The notes: generated by a model not told the origin, from the sequence alone. A stretch of 64,000 nt of DNA from an uncultured virus (IMG/VR IMGVR_UViG_3300008113_000157) (IMGVR_UViG_3300008113_000157); one strand, 5' to 3'. Shown: positions 28,157 to 38,667, numbered from the stretch's first letter. Made by a program: numbers and translations.

Positions 28157-28822
28157 CTATGCGCTAGGTAAGTACTTGCTTTGGAATGTACTTGTTGCAG
28201 CATTCCCATATCTACCTGTTAGTTTACCAGTACTGTCTCTTTCAGGTGTACCAAAAATATCAGCAAGTAGCTGTTGGTTCGGCGTCATTACTTTGCCGCT
28301 GGCAATCATGTCAGCCTTGAGTAAGTTCTCAAAAGCTGCACCGCTTCGAATATTTTCTGCTCTAGCTCGATCAGCAAAACGATCGTAGTCTTCAGGACTG
28401 TATCCAATGCCCTGTTGCCGATATAAATTACTAGCAATATCTTGGAAGTTATCTCGGTAGTAATCAATAGGTTTGTTATAGCTTTTTGCTAAACGCTTTT
28501 GAATAAACTCAGGATTACTAAATGCACCTTCTTGGGCTTCAAGATAAGCTTCGAATGCACCACGATCACCTGCATCTCTTAAACTCTGTGCTTCACGCAG
28601 GATCCTACGTTTTTTAAGAGGAGTAGCACGTACTTGATCAAGGGCGTAATCTTGAAGCTCTTCTTCCCTTGGTGTCAAGCCGTATTCAAGAGGCTCACCG
28701 CCGCCGCCAAATAACCCGCCAAGGCCACCAAGTAGGCCACCTGCAGCCGCACCCCAGGGGCCAAGCGACATGCCTGCTAACGCACCACTAGAGGCACCAC
28801 TTAACCCACCCTGCCAAGACAT
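28157..28822 (-). CDS. Probable internal virion (ejection/pilot-like) protein
   Basis: N-terminal glycine zipper GALAGMSLGPWGAAAGGLLGGLGGLF. Confidence 0.55.
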   Translation of the reverse strand: MSWQGGLSGASSGALAGMSLGPWGAAAGGLLGGLGGLFGGGGEPLEYGLTPREEELQDYALDQVRATPLKKRRILREAQSLRDAGDRGAFEAYLEAQEGAFSNPEFIQKRLAKSYNKPIDYYRDNFQDIASNLYRQQGIGYSPEDYDRFADRARAENIRSGAAFENLLKADMIASGKVMTPNQQLLADIFGTPERDSTGKLTGRYGNAATSTFQSKYLPSA

Positions 28823-28865
28823 AATGAACTACGCTCTCTTTCTTATTATTTTAAAGTGTTAACAC

Positions 28866-29375
28866 TTAGGCGAGGAAACCGGCAAGCTGTCCGTACTGAC
28901 CAATTGACGCAGGTGTGAGTCCACGTGCTCTGTATTCTTGTCGAAGATTTGGATCATTGGCACGAAGCTTGGCAATAGTGCGAGGAACTCTAAGTCGATT
29001 TGTAATATCTAAATTGTTTTCATATAAAGCAGATCCCCAGTCGGCATCCCGTTTGTCTGCCATGAAGTCAAGATAATCTTGACCTGCCTGTGTTCCTTGT
29101 GCATTGCCAAGTTGATTAAGGAGTGTATTGGCAATGCCACCAACAGCTTGCATGCCACCCCAAGAACCTAATCCACCTGCGCCAGGTGCGCTGCCAAACG
29201 CGGCTTGTCCTGCTGCGGACCCATCAATACTGGGGAATGAACCAAATGTACCCGCTGGTATATCAGCATTAAAAGCTGGAAGATTAAGTTGATCGGGTTT
29301 TGGGAAAGAATATTTTCCAGCTAGATCAAAATTACCAAACGTACCGGCTGGAATATTGGTGTGCCAATAAGACAT
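28866..29375 (-). CDS. Hypothetical protein
   Basis: 169 aa with internal IPAGTFG repeat. Confidence 0.6.
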   Translation of the reverse strand: MSYWHTNIPAGTFGNFDLAGKYSFPKPDQLNLPAFNADIPAGTFGSFPSIDGSAAGQAAFGSAPGAGGLGSWGGMQAVGGIANTLLNQLGNAQGTQAGQDYLDFMADKRDADWGSALYENNLDITNRLRVPRTIAKLRANDPNLRQEYRARGLTPASIGQYGQLAGFLA

Positions 29376-29386
29376 TTTATTTTTCC

Positions 29387-29875
29387 TTAGACGTTAAAAT
29401 TAATTCTACTGCTAAAGGGTTTGGAAGCCGTATTGCTATTTTGCATGGCTTGAATAACTGGATTAATAAAGTCAAACTTACGCGCCATTGCTTCACCATA
29501 TCGGTCAGGCATCTTCAGTACATTGGCAAAGATGTGACCCTTCATCGCACGTTCAGATGCTTTATCAGCCAGTTGATTCATAGGATCAACATAGGCTTGT
29601 GCTTGTAATGCAATAACACGTGGATCATTGGCAAGCATTGTTTGTACTTGTTGATCCTTGATTAATTTAGAAAATACAGAGGTTGGATCTTTAGGATCAA
29701 ACGAGTCACCTCCACCGTACTGCGTTTGGTACTCCTTAACAATATCTGCATAGCTACCAGCAAGATTTGGATTGCCTGTTGCTTCTCCTGAAGTAGAACG
29801 CCAATCACCATAAGGCTGGTTCATGAAACCACCTTGGCCTCCTCCACCAAATAACCCACCAAAAAATCCTGCCAT
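29387..29875 (-). CDS. Hypothetical protein
   Basis: 162 aa ORF. Confidence 0.6.
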   Translation of the reverse strand: MAGFFGGLFGGGGQGGFMNQPYGDWRSTSGEATGNPNLAGSYADIVKEYQTQYGGGDSFDPKDPTSVFSKLIKDQQVQTMLANDPRVIALQAQAYVDPMNQLADKASERAMKGHIFANVLKMPDRYGEAMARKFDFINPVIQAMQNSNTASKPFSSRINFNV

Positions 29876-29887
29876 TGTTCGTACCTA

Positions 29888-31111
29888 TCAGAAACTAATA
29901 TTGGGGGCTTGAAGGACTGCGTTGGCGTATGGTGCAGCAGTCATCATTTGACGCAAGTTGGCACCAGCATTGGCCTGTGCTCCAAGAGCAAGCTTGCCTG
30001 TTGTTGCCATGCTACCGAGCATCGCAAAGTTTGCTCCCATGCTGTTCATAATTTGCTGCTGGCGCACAACATCATTATTGCGTTGTTGCTCCAACATCGG
30101 GAACATCGCCTGCATGTGAGTGCGTTCTTGTTCCAAAGCATGGGCCAACATGTCTTTAGCGCCAGAGTTAGCTGCATTCATCAATGCAACATTGCCTTCA
30201 AGGCCTACTTTCTGGAGTTGTTCAATGCGACCTAATTGAGTAGACAGTGCATTAGGATCGCCTTCACCGGTTTCCCGTTGACGTTGTTTTTGTACTGTCT
30301 TACCAACTAACTCTTGCGCACCGATGCCAAGTAATGGAGCTGCTAACTGAAGAGCGGCGCCTTTGCCACCACCTAAAGCACGTCCTGCCGCACGTGTTAA
30401 ATAAGTAGCACCTAAGCCTGCTCCTGCTCCTGCTGCAACTGCTTGTGCGGATTGCCCTTCAGTGTAATCTTGGAAGGCACCAAGTGCAGGTGCTAAGTAA
30501 CCTAAACGGCCAAGATTACGAGTTACAGCTTCTTTGTTAAGTTCACCACCAAACAAATTACCTAAACTATTTAATGCACCGCCGCGTGCATTGGGATTCG
30601 ATGGGTCGTTAGGAGGATTGTTCCCGCCACCACCTCCTCCTCCACCGGGAGGATTAGGGGGATTGCTCCCGCCGCTACCACGGGCACCCATCGCCGGAAT
30701 AGAACTTTGTCCACCACCACGGCGAGTTTGCTCTGCCAACTCTACTTGAGTGCCTGTAATAGGACGCCTTACATCACCAGTCTCGTTACCACGGGCACCC
30801 ATCGCCGGAATAGAACTTTGTCCACCACCGCGACCACCCGACTGTGTAATGCGTGTGTCTTCAGTTGTACCAGTAATACGTGGATCATTCGGAGTATCAC
30901 CGGTAATCAGGATATTGTTTGCAGTCGTATTAGGAGCACCACCTTGAAATAACCCAGCAATGCCTTGGCCTGCTGCGCCAAGAGCTGCCATCACTTGGGC
31001 AATTGCATCTGAAGCAAAATTTTGAGCTTCCTGTTGATTGAAACGAGAAGCGTTGCCACGACGTGAATAATTCTCGTTGTAGTCTCCGCCACTACCTGTT
31101 ATTAATGCCAT
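29888..31111 (-). CDS. Gly/Ala-rich probable internal virion protein
   Basis: 407 aa ORF. Confidence 0.6.
   Translation of the reverse strand: MALITGSGGDYNENYSRRGNASRFNQQEAQNFASDAIAQVMAALGAAGQGIAGLFQGGAPNTTANNILITGDTPNDPRITGTTEDTRITQSGGRGGGQSSIPAMGARGNETGDVRRPITGTQVELAEQTRRGGGQSSIPAMGARGSGGSNPPNPPGGGGGGGGNNPPNDPSNPNARGGALNSLGNLFGGELNKEAVTRNLGRLGYLAPALGAFQDYTEGQSAQAVAAGAGAGLGATYLTRAAGRALGGGKGAALQLAAPLLGIGAQELVGKTVQKQRQRETGEGDPNALSTQLGRIEQLQKVGLEGNVALMNAANSGAKDMLAHALEQERTHMQAMFPMLEQQRNNDVVRQQQIMNSMGANFAMLGSMATTGKLALGAQANAGANLRQMMTAAPYANAVLQAPNISF
30676..30829. repeat. Exact 43-bp intragenic direct repeat (30676-30718 and 30787-30829)
   Basis: Both copies encode GGGQSSIPAMGARG. Confidence 0.85.
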
Positions 31112-31142
31112 GTTTACGACTATCTGTTATCAGCTAATTCTA

Positions 31143-32135
31143 TCACTGCATTTCTTCTGAATATTCAGTGACTGTTGGTAACTTAGGACGATTAGCTTGT
31201 GCAATAGCGGCGTTAACTGCCGCGCCTACTGCAGCGCCAGCAAGTGCACCTGTTGCTCCACCGATCAAACCACGGCGTGTTAATCCGCTGCGCACCGTTT
31301 CAGTTGTATGTGAACGATAGCCTTTACCTGGTACTTGTTTAGACGGTGTGTTGCGAATACCTGCAGCTAAACCAGCAAGACCACCAAGAGCAGTCGTCGC
31401 GGTTGCAATGTTAACTGGATAGCCAAGCATACGAGCTTCTGGAATTCCTTCCAAGTTTTCAGGAGTTACTTTTAAGAGTCCCATGAAGCCGCTATCTTGG
31501 TAGTAATTCTGCATGAAGTTTGCATAACGTTCTGGCGTCAAGCTTGGGATTTCTGCTTTTGCAGTTTCATATTTTAAAGGCGCGCCTTGACGACCAAGGA
31601 AGAAACGATCGAATAATTCTTGGACTGGTTGTTCTGTTTCTCTGCGGTCATCTGCACCTTCAGGTGAATACGTTTGTGCGTACCCAGTGGCACGGAAGGC
31701 TTGGCCTGGGTTAAGAATATTAAAAGCACCACTCATGATTGTGGTTGGGATCGCCACACTTGCAGCCATCAACCCGGTTTTTGTTTTACCTAAATCGCGG
31801 TACGCATCTTTACCAACCACCGCTTTCATTGTGTTTTCAATACCAGTATCCAATATTGCTAATGGGTGGTTGTAACGCCAATACACACCCCTTGTACCGT
31901 CATTAGTTAAATCAGTCGCTAAGCGTGTACCAAAAGCTCCAATGGCTTGGATGGGTGTTTCTTTTAAGCTAACACCTTGAGCACGCAAAGCTTTGTGATA
32001 TTTACCAGCAACATTTAATACGCTTGGATAAACTTCTTCCGCAATACGTGTAGCTTTTTCGCTCTTGCGTGCACCTTCTTTTAATGCTTGAGAAGTATTT
32101 GATAGTAGTTGCTGAAACCGATTTGGATTAGACAC
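31143..32135 (-). CDS. Hypothetical protein, probable virion protein
   Basis: 330 aa with C-terminal glycine zippers. Confidence 0.6.
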   Translation of the reverse strand: MSNPNRFQQLLSNTSQALKEGARKSEKATRIAEEVYPSVLNVAGKYHKALRAQGVSLKETPIQAIGAFGTRLATDLTNDGTRGVYWRYNHPLAILDTGIENTMKAVVGKDAYRDLGKTKTGLMAASVAIPTTIMSGAFNILNPGQAFRATGYAQTYSPEGADDRRETEQPVQELFDRFFLGRQGAPLKYETAKAEIPSLTPERYANFMQNYYQDSGFMGLLKVTPENLEGIPEARMLGYPVNIATATTALGGLAGLAAGIRNTPSKQVPGKGYRSHTTETVRSGLTRRGLIGGATGALAGAAVGAAVNAAIAQANRPKLPTVTEYSEEMQ

Positions 32136-32790
32136 CGGCTATGCTCCCCATCATTTGTTGAATGTCGCCTAAGTTGGCGTTAACTCTTGTGTTAAACATC
32201 TCATCACGCATTGACTGACTGTTGGGCAAGCCATACGATTGGAACATAGTGCCAGGTGCATAACGACCTGCTAAATCATTTGCATGGTTAATGATCTCAC
32301 GTTGTTTATTTTGTTGGAGGATTGTAAGAATTTGTTCGTCAGATAACTGGGCTAACTCCTCGCCCGTCATCTTAGTTAAATCAATATTGTTTGGATCAAT
32401 ATTCTGTTGTGTTCGTTGTGTCTGTTGTTGTGCGTCTTGTCCGGTTGATTGGAAACCATTAAATAAAGACGGACGACCAAGGGCTGCGCTAACTAAATTA
32501 CCTGCACCAATAGCGCCCACAACATTGGCTGGAGTCTCCCACCCACTGCCTTGATATTGTTTAGTTACTTCGCCGGTTTTTAAATCTTTGATTTCTACAT
32601 TTCTACCGGGTTTAAGTGCACGTACTCCAGCTACTGCACCCGCTGATCCCAATACGTCAGCAGCACCATAAAGCAAAGCCGCTGGCAATGAATCACCCGT
32701 CGCTAAACTAAGACCCGCACTAATACCTCCGCTTGCCAAGCCTGGGCGAAGCGCCTCGAGCAATCCTTGGAATAGCTTTCCCTTGGCCAT
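32128..32790 (-). CDS. Hypothetical protein
   Basis: 220 aa ORF. Confidence 0.6.
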   Translation of the reverse strand: MAKGKLFQGLLEALRPGLASGGISAGLSLATGDSLPAALLYGAADVLGSAGAVAGVRALKPGRNVEIKDLKTGEVTKQYQGSGWETPANVVGAIGAGNLVSAALGRPSLFNGFQSTGQDAQQQTQRTQQNIDPNNIDLTKMTGEELAQLSDEQILTILQQNKQREIINHANDLAGRYAPGTMFQSYGLPNSQSMRDEMFNTRVNANLGDIQQMMGSIAGV

Positions 32791-32820
32791 TGGAATATAG
32801 TTTTCTTTTATTATAAAGCG

Positions 32821-33423
32821 TTAGGCCTTGGACTCTTTTTCATCTTTGTCTTCTTTCTTGTTCGCAAGAAGTTGTGCAACTGATTTGTTATCATCTACTT
32901 CGTTCTTTGCTTTGGCTTCTGCTTGTGCCATCAGTCGTCCTTTGGGATCAGGATTTGCAAATGATGGCATTGGGTTCTCACTACGTTCCTCTACCGTAGG
33001 ACTCAACGCATACATTTCTTTCCACATCGGATTGTAATCTGGTTGATCTTCTGGAGTTTGTTTAGTATTAGGACGACCGGTATCAAAGTTATAGTCGCGT
33101 TGGCGATTAAAAGGTTTACCGATACCAGCGAACACTTCATTAGGGATTACACGACCTTCTTCGTCTTGTTTAAATTCAATAAACCCAAGACCTGGGTTTA
33201 ATCGCTGCTTTCGTGCTGAGATATTTTTCCTGATGTCAGTTTCGGTAAAACGACCAGGAGAGAACGGTGTCTCAAAACTATCTGCAGGAATAGTAAAGAG
33301 ATCTGCGTAGCTTAGATTTTTCTTTTTCTCAAAGATATCTTTTGTAAAGTCAATGTAACGCTGGGGTTCATTCTTGGAAAAGTAGTCACTCCCATGCCCA
33401 GCAAGGCGTGAATCTCGTGCCAT
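32821..33423 (-). CDS. Hypothetical protein
   Basis: 200 aa ORF. Confidence 0.6.
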   Translation of the reverse strand: MARDSRLAGHGSDYFSKNEPQRYIDFTKDIFEKKKNLSYADLFTIPADSFETPFSPGRFTETDIRKNISARKQRLNPGLGFIEFKQDEEGRVIPNEVFAGIGKPFNRQRDYNFDTGRPNTKQTPEDQPDYNPMWKEMYALSPTVEERSENPMPSFANPDPKGRLMAQAEAKAKNEVDDNKSVAQLLANKKEDKDEKESKA

Positions 33424-33650
33424 TAATCTTCCTCAGCTTTACGATACTTTTTCTTTTTCAATGATACTAAAGTCTTTCGCAAGTTTGCTTGTTTAACGGT
33501 GGACTTATCGTAATCCTCTGGATTGGCAAGTACGTTTTCTTGTAACTGCGCAGTGGTAATTCCTTTTTTAGCTGCTTTCTTGGTGAACGCACCCTTTTTA
33601 ATTTCAGCCTTGTCAATCCAGTTTTTGTCTTTTTTCTTTTTATCAGCCAT
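33423..33650 (-). CDS. Small Lys-rich phage protein
   Basis: KNWI..A.IKKGAFTKKA...QANLRKTL pattern. Confidence 0.65.
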   Translation of the reverse strand: MADKKKKDKNWIDKAEIKKGAFTKKAAKKGITTAQLQENVLANPEDYDKSTVKQANLRKTLVSLKKKKYRKAEED

Positions 33651-33690
33651 GATTAAACTCCTTCAGATAATTGCCGTAAAAGTGCTAAGA

Positions 33691-36600
33691 TCAGTATCCC
33701 ATAAGCCCCAGACGTGGTTGATTGGGATTTAAACGATTCCGCAGATTGATTTGTTTGATAGTCAAATTAGTAATAGGTCCGGCAACATTTTCCCTTTCAG
33801 GCTCAGGGAAAAAGCCTGGTTGATAAACTTCTGCGTTTAAACGATTTGGACCAACATTCCTAAACTGCGGTTCAGCACGTACTGGGCCTTGCATTTGAGG
33901 TGTTGGTTGACCTGCCGATAAAGCCAGTGGCAACTGATATTCTTCGGTTGCCAGGATATTAGGCTGAATGACTACAGGAGAACTTGCAGGCATTGCACGC
34001 TCTCGTTGCATTCTGGCCATGTAATTTGCAAGGTTAGTTGCGTAGACATCTGCTTCGGTAGTACGTGCACGTGCAATAGGCGGAACAACGTTAGAAGGGA
34101 AAGCAAGCTGTGTCGGTTCCAAGTTGCGTACGGTTGGTTCCGGTGTTGGTGCTACTGGACGATTAGATAACAGAGTTGATGGTCCAGAAGTACGTGCGGA
34201 AGAAGGTAGCTGTTTATTGGCTCTACGTGCTAATTCATTTAATGCTACTCCGGTCATAGCATCGGCAACATCTCGTGGATATTTGGCATACACACCTTGA
34301 ACAGCACGGCTCATATCAATTGCATCTCGTGCTTGTTGTGTCGGTTCTTGTGTGTACTTATAGGCTTGTGGATCTTCGTACGAACTTGGATAAGTAAAGA
34401 ATTTAGTAACAGGATTACCTTGTTCATCAACTTCAACTTTACGTACACGATGCACAGGTAAAGCGGATTCGGTAGCAGTTGGTGGACGGTTAGCTGCTTC
34501 TGTATACTCGCCTTGTTTGGACATTGCAGCAGTACCATACTCGGCAAGTTCAGGCCCATAGATACCAATAGATGCCCTGGTATCTAATCCGGCAACACCA
34601 CCGCGTCCACGTACGTTTACATCCGCACCCATCCGCTTACCTGCCAGTTTCTGAACATTTGTTTCACCTGTATCAACATTGACATTGGGAAGAAGAATAC
34701 GTTCACCGGTATCAGGGTCAATGCCAAGATCACCACCAATATTTACAACAGACTTAGCGCGTCCACCAGAGAGAAGACCACCTGGTACAATTTCGAGTTG
34801 CTCTTGTGAAATGTAATTACCAACCGGACGTCCACGCTCAATATTAGAAAGCTCACCTTCTTCAACGACCATATTGTCAGGTGCCGTGAGAACAGGGCGA
34901 ACGACAATACCTTCTTCAACGCCACCCATCAGTTTCTGAGGAACGGCAGCCCTTCGAATGTTACGTGCGGTTGCTTTCTCTGCACCAGCGAGGCGACGCT
35001 CACTCATCTCGTAATTACGCAACGTTTCGTTAATACGTGCGTCAAGTTCATCTTGAAGATCTAAAGCAACTTCACGTCCACGACTCGCTGTTAAGTAGGC
35101 GTCACGTTCTTGCGGACTAGAGAAAGACCTACGTTGTTCGCCCAGGTCAACAACATCAGCTTGTAAGGCTGCATCACGTGCAACTAAGTTGTCAAGCTCA
35201 GTAGCTAAACCAATTTGATTACGTGTTTCTTGTAAACGAATATTACCAAGCCAATCTTTATAGCCTTCAACTTTATTTGCTAAGTTTTGTGCAGTATCTT
35301 CCATGTACACACCTTCTTTCAAGGATGATACAGGGAATTGTTCTCCAGCAATCGTAACGGTTCCTTCGTTTAAGTTTTCGAAGAACTGCTCGTTACCTGC
35401 TGCGCCAAGTTTAAGTGCGTTACGACGTCTTGTAGCTTTAGGATCTTCTCGCCATGCTTCAGGACCAAACGCCTCGGCTAATTGGGTTTCTAAGCGCCCA
35501 GGGGTACCTGCGTCTGCCATCATCTTCTCGCGTCGTTGCTGGAGAAAACGTGCTGCCGAACTTTGTCCTAGGTCTGCACCAGGGGCTGTTTGTAGTTCGA
35601 TAGTGCCGCCAGGAGCAAGGCCCGTACGTGCAGGGCGTACGCCTCCAAACTTAAAGCGTTCTCCGGTGCGGAGGTCGTAGCCAATACCTTCAGCCTGATC
35701 AATGGGCAGACCATCAGGTAATAATTTGGCGACTGTGTTAATTGCTACGTCACTTTCAACACCAGACCATTCGCTGGGATTAGATCCCATCATTGCCTTA
35801 TAGTCGGCATCAGCTTGTGCATTCAATTGAGCAATTTGGTTTTTATCCAGGTCTTCGTTACGTGAGAGTTGTTGCCACACACGACCTGTTTGTTGTGCAG
35901 CACCAGATTCAACTGCGTCTGTTGCTTGGTTCTGTACTGCAGGATTACCACCAAAAGCACGTTGGAATTGTTCAAAGCGTGCTTCTTCTGCTTGCTCCAA
36001 AGTAAACCCAGTGCTTGCAAGAACTTGCCTTCCAATCTGTTCGTCTTCTAAAGCGGCTTGACGAATTGATTCTTTTGGATGCGACGAAAGCGGATTCTTG
36101 AGATAAAACTCTCTTCCATTATCGTCCATAAGCATAAGTTCATTATCATATGGATTTCCTGTCAATACATAACCTTGATTACCCAAACCCTTGTGGAAGT
36201 CAAGGAATTTACCCTGTGGCTGAGCACGGGTTGTTACTTGAACAGGAGCAGGAGATTGCGACTCTAAAACGTTAAGATCCACAGTTGCCATTGGAATGGC
36301 TGGTCGATCTGATAATGAAGACGCAAATAAACTTCCTTGTGCAGGTGTTGCAGACAATGGGCGAGATGGTGCCTGCATAATAAATTCACCTGTTTCTTCT
36401 GCTAAAGCATTAATAGGCGAACGTAATGCCATCAAAGTTCCTTGTGTGCCAGGGATTTCAAGTTGGTATGTGCCTTTACGATTTTCTGCTGCTTGCAATA
36501 AATTTTTAGTTGCTGCTTGACGGCGTGCATCTGCTACCTTCCTTGATACCATCTCTTTAGGATCCGGGCGATAAGGTACGTATTCTTCTTCAAAACCTAA

Positions 36601-36996
36601 GTCTTTACCAGATGTAAGACGATTGGCAAAATTAGTAGGTGTAGTTGGCGGTACACTCGGAGGAACATTTGAGTATTGCTCCGGTGCATGTGGAGCAACT
36701 GGTCTTGGATTCTCAGTTACACCACGATTGCCCGTAACACGAGCAGAACGTGACGGTGGAATATCAACAAGTCCAAAATCACCGGTACGTCGTGCGCCAA
36801 GATCAGTCATTTGTACACCACGGGGGCGTTCATTGCGTGCAGCACGTGTTAATGCCTCTGCCGCCGCACCTTTTCCCTTGAGGTTACGTAATGCGTAGTA
36901 GCCACCAGCTCCAGTGAGGGCACCTAAGCCAAGAAGGCCGGCCATTCCCAAGAGATTAGGACCTTCATTCCGTGATTCGCCGTAATATTCCGCCAT
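33691..36996 (-). CDS. Large hypothetical protein (1101 aa), probable internal virion protein
   Basis: First gene of the minus-strand arm; N-terminal TM/glycine zipper. Confidence 0.65.
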   Translation of the reverse strand: MAEYYGESRNEGPNLLGMAGLLGLGALTGAGGYYALRNLKGKGAAAEALTRAARNERPRGVQMTDLGARRTGDFGLVDIPPSRSARVTGNRGVTENPRPVAPHAPEQYSNVPPSVPPTTPTNFANRLTSGKDLGFEEEYVPYRPDPKEMVSRKVADARRQAATKNLLQAAENRKGTYQLEIPGTQGTLMALRSPINALAEETGEFIMQAPSRPLSATPAQGSLFASSLSDRPAIPMATVDLNVLESQSPAPVQVTTRAQPQGKFLDFHKGLGNQGYVLTGNPYDNELMLMDDNGREFYLKNPLSSHPKESIRQAALEDEQIGRQVLASTGFTLEQAEEARFEQFQRAFGGNPAVQNQATDAVESGAAQQTGRVWQQLSRNEDLDKNQIAQLNAQADADYKAMMGSNPSEWSGVESDVAINTVAKLLPDGLPIDQAEGIGYDLRTGERFKFGGVRPARTGLAPGGTIELQTAPGADLGQSSAARFLQQRREKMMADAGTPGRLETQLAEAFGPEAWREDPKATRRRNALKLGAAGNEQFFENLNEGTVTIAGEQFPVSSLKEGVYMEDTAQNLANKVEGYKDWLGNIRLQETRNQIGLATELDNLVARDAALQADVVDLGEQRRSFSSPQERDAYLTASRGREVALDLQDELDARINETLRNYEMSERRLAGAEKATARNIRRAAVPQKLMGGVEEGIVVRPVLTAPDNMVVEEGELSNIERGRPVGNYISQEQLEIVPGGLLSGGRAKSVVNIGGDLGIDPDTGERILLPNVNVDTGETNVQKLAGKRMGADVNVRGRGGVAGLDTRASIGIYGPELAEYGTAAMSKQGEYTEAANRPPTATESALPVHRVRKVEVDEQGNPVTKFFTYPSSYEDPQAYKYTQEPTQQARDAIDMSRAVQGVYAKYPRDVADAMTGVALNELARRANKQLPSSARTSGPSTLLSNRPVAPTPEPTVRNLEPTQLAFPSNVVPPIARARTTEADVYATNLANYMARMQRERAMPASSPVVIQPNILATEEYQLPLALSAGQPTPQMQGPVRAEPQFRNVGPNRLNAEVYQPGFFPEPERENVAGPITNLTIKQINLRNRLNPNQPRLGLMGY

Positions 36997-37103
36997 GTGA
37001 GTCCTATCGTCTGATATTTCTATGATATCTGTATTTTAAGGTGCAAAATTCAAGAAATAACAACGTACGTTAGACTATATACAAGAAAAGTACCAAGAAA
37101 TCA

Positions 37104-37340
37104 ATGGATCCGGTAGACAGAATGCAACGTGCCGTAGCAATGCGTGCCATTGCAAGTAAAACGGCGGATTTAGAGAAGGCAGGTGCTGATCCTGTTACGG
37201 TAAAAACGTTTTCTTCGGGTGCATTGCGGGAATTAGCGCGGCAAGTACCAGATTCCGATAAGTATAAAAGCGCATTCATGGCGGCAAGCAACTTTAAAAA
37301 CCAGAATTCCAAAATTCCTAACCCTGATTCCAATTTTTAA
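37104..37340 (+). CDS. Hypothetical protein
   Basis: 78 aa ORF preceded by TAGACT/TATA-like sequence and followed by a terminator. Confidence 0.55.
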   Translation: MDPVDRMQRAVAMRAIASKTADLEKAGADPVTVKTFSSGALRELARQVPDSDKYKSAFMAASNFKNQNSKIPNPDSNF

Positions 37341-37376
37341 TTTTTAATTTTTTAGTAAATAACTAAATCTACGTAA

Positions 37377-37403
37377 AGCCGGGGTAGAATCCCCGGCTAT
37401 TTT
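37377..37403 (+). terminator. Rho-independent terminator-like hairpin
   Basis: AGCCGGGG-TAGAAT-CCCCGGCT-ATTTT. Confidence 0.6.
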
Positions 37404-37613
37404 GTCTAAAAACTTGGGCAAACTCCTTGCAGCGTCTACACTTTTTGTTGATAGTGTACGACTTTTCGTAAAAATGGCCCCTATATACCCAAAATAGGGA
37501 AAATATTTTTCTGACGGTTCTTACAACACCTGTGGGAATGCGAATGTGCATAGAAAAAAAAGAACGGTGGGTGGGTAGAGAATAAGTTGGAGCGAAGCGG
37601 GGGCATGCACGAG

Positions 37614-37634
37614 TTTTCCACAGGTTTTTCCACA
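37614..37634 (+). promoter_or_regulatory. Two tandem DnaA-box-like 9-mers (TTTTCCACA)
   Basis: TTTTCCACA at 37614-37622 and 37626-37634 in the non-coding strand-switch region. Confidence 0.55.
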
Positions 37635-37875
37635 GGCTGCAACACTTTCAGACAGCGTACGAATCCCTGAGATCCCTTCGCGCGCAATGCTTTTCGGCTA
37701 CACGGCACTGCGGGAGATACAGAACAGTTCATCGAGAAGCTCGAGGTAATTGTCACTGTTTCAACACAAGCAAGACAGAAGAGTTAGCAATAGATCCAAG
37801 GGTCATTCGTCAAGCTGGACGTTAAACGCAGCCGTTACTTCTGCGCACGTTAGTCGCAGATCAAGAGGATCAATC

Positions 37876-38064
37876 ATGATCATCTACTTCACCCTGACTA
37901 CAGATGAAGCCATCTATCAGTTCCAGGTGAACAAGGAGGAGAATCTGGTGCGTGTCACCAAGATGATCCTCAAGGCTCAATGCCCAGGAGAGTGGCATCG
38001 CTCCACACTCATGACCGTAGACGCAGGGCGCAAGCTCGTGCGTCAACTACAGAAGACCAGGTGA
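37876..38064 (+). CDS. Small early protein
   Basis: MIIYFTL..., first gene of the plus-strand arm. Confidence 0.55.
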   Translation: MIIYFTLTTDEAIYQFQVNKEENLVRVTKMILKAQCPGEWHRSTLMTVDAGRKLVRQLQKTR

Positions 38065-38140
38065 GTTATAGCTCCCAAGCCAGGTGCAATGCCTGGCTCT
38101 GGTCATTGCCACAATCCAGTGGCATCTACTACCTAACACC

Positions 38141-38332
38141 ATGGGTTTCCGTACATCCCTCGGACGTGCATTCTCTGCAGCTACTCAGGCTGCATCACAA
38201 GAGTGGCACGAGTCTCAGCTTGATCGTCGCATCACTGGCGACGTCATCCGTTACAACGACCGTCGTATCACTGGCGACTACGCGCCAATCAACCAACGCA
38301 ACAACTCCCGCGTTACTTATAGCGGGCGCTGA
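38141..38332 (+). CDS. Small early protein
   Basis: MGFRTSLG...; internal DRRITGD duplication; follows element A1. Confidence 0.6.
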   Translation: MGFRTSLGRAFSAATQAASQEWHESQLDRRITGDVIRYNDRRITGDYAPINQRNNSRVTYSGR

Positions 38333-38407
38333 TCCGTAAGCGGACAGGGAGGTGCAAGTCCTCCCATCAGCATTGCCACAATCAGTGGCATCTACTCCAT
38401 ACCAACC

Positions 38408-38590
38408 ATGACTCAACAACTAGCTGCCGGCATCATCGCCGTTGCTACAACCATGGGTATTACTACCCAAGTCACCATCCATCTCCTGGATGTAGCTACG
38501 GCTAAGCAATGTCGCACTCATGACTGGCCGGCAACACAACACAGCGCACACATGGAATGGTGCGCAACCAACAACTATCCAACCAACTGA
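38408..38590 (+). CDS. Small early protein
   Basis: 60 aa; follows element A2. Confidence 0.65.
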   Translation: MTQQLAAGIIAVATTMGITTQVTIHLLDVATAKQCRTHDWPATQHSAHMEWCATNNYPTN

Positions 38591-38667
38591 TCCGTCTAAG
38601 CGGGTGACCAGGTGCAAACCCTGGTCCAGTTATTGCCACAATCCCGTGGCATCTATCCCATACCAAC

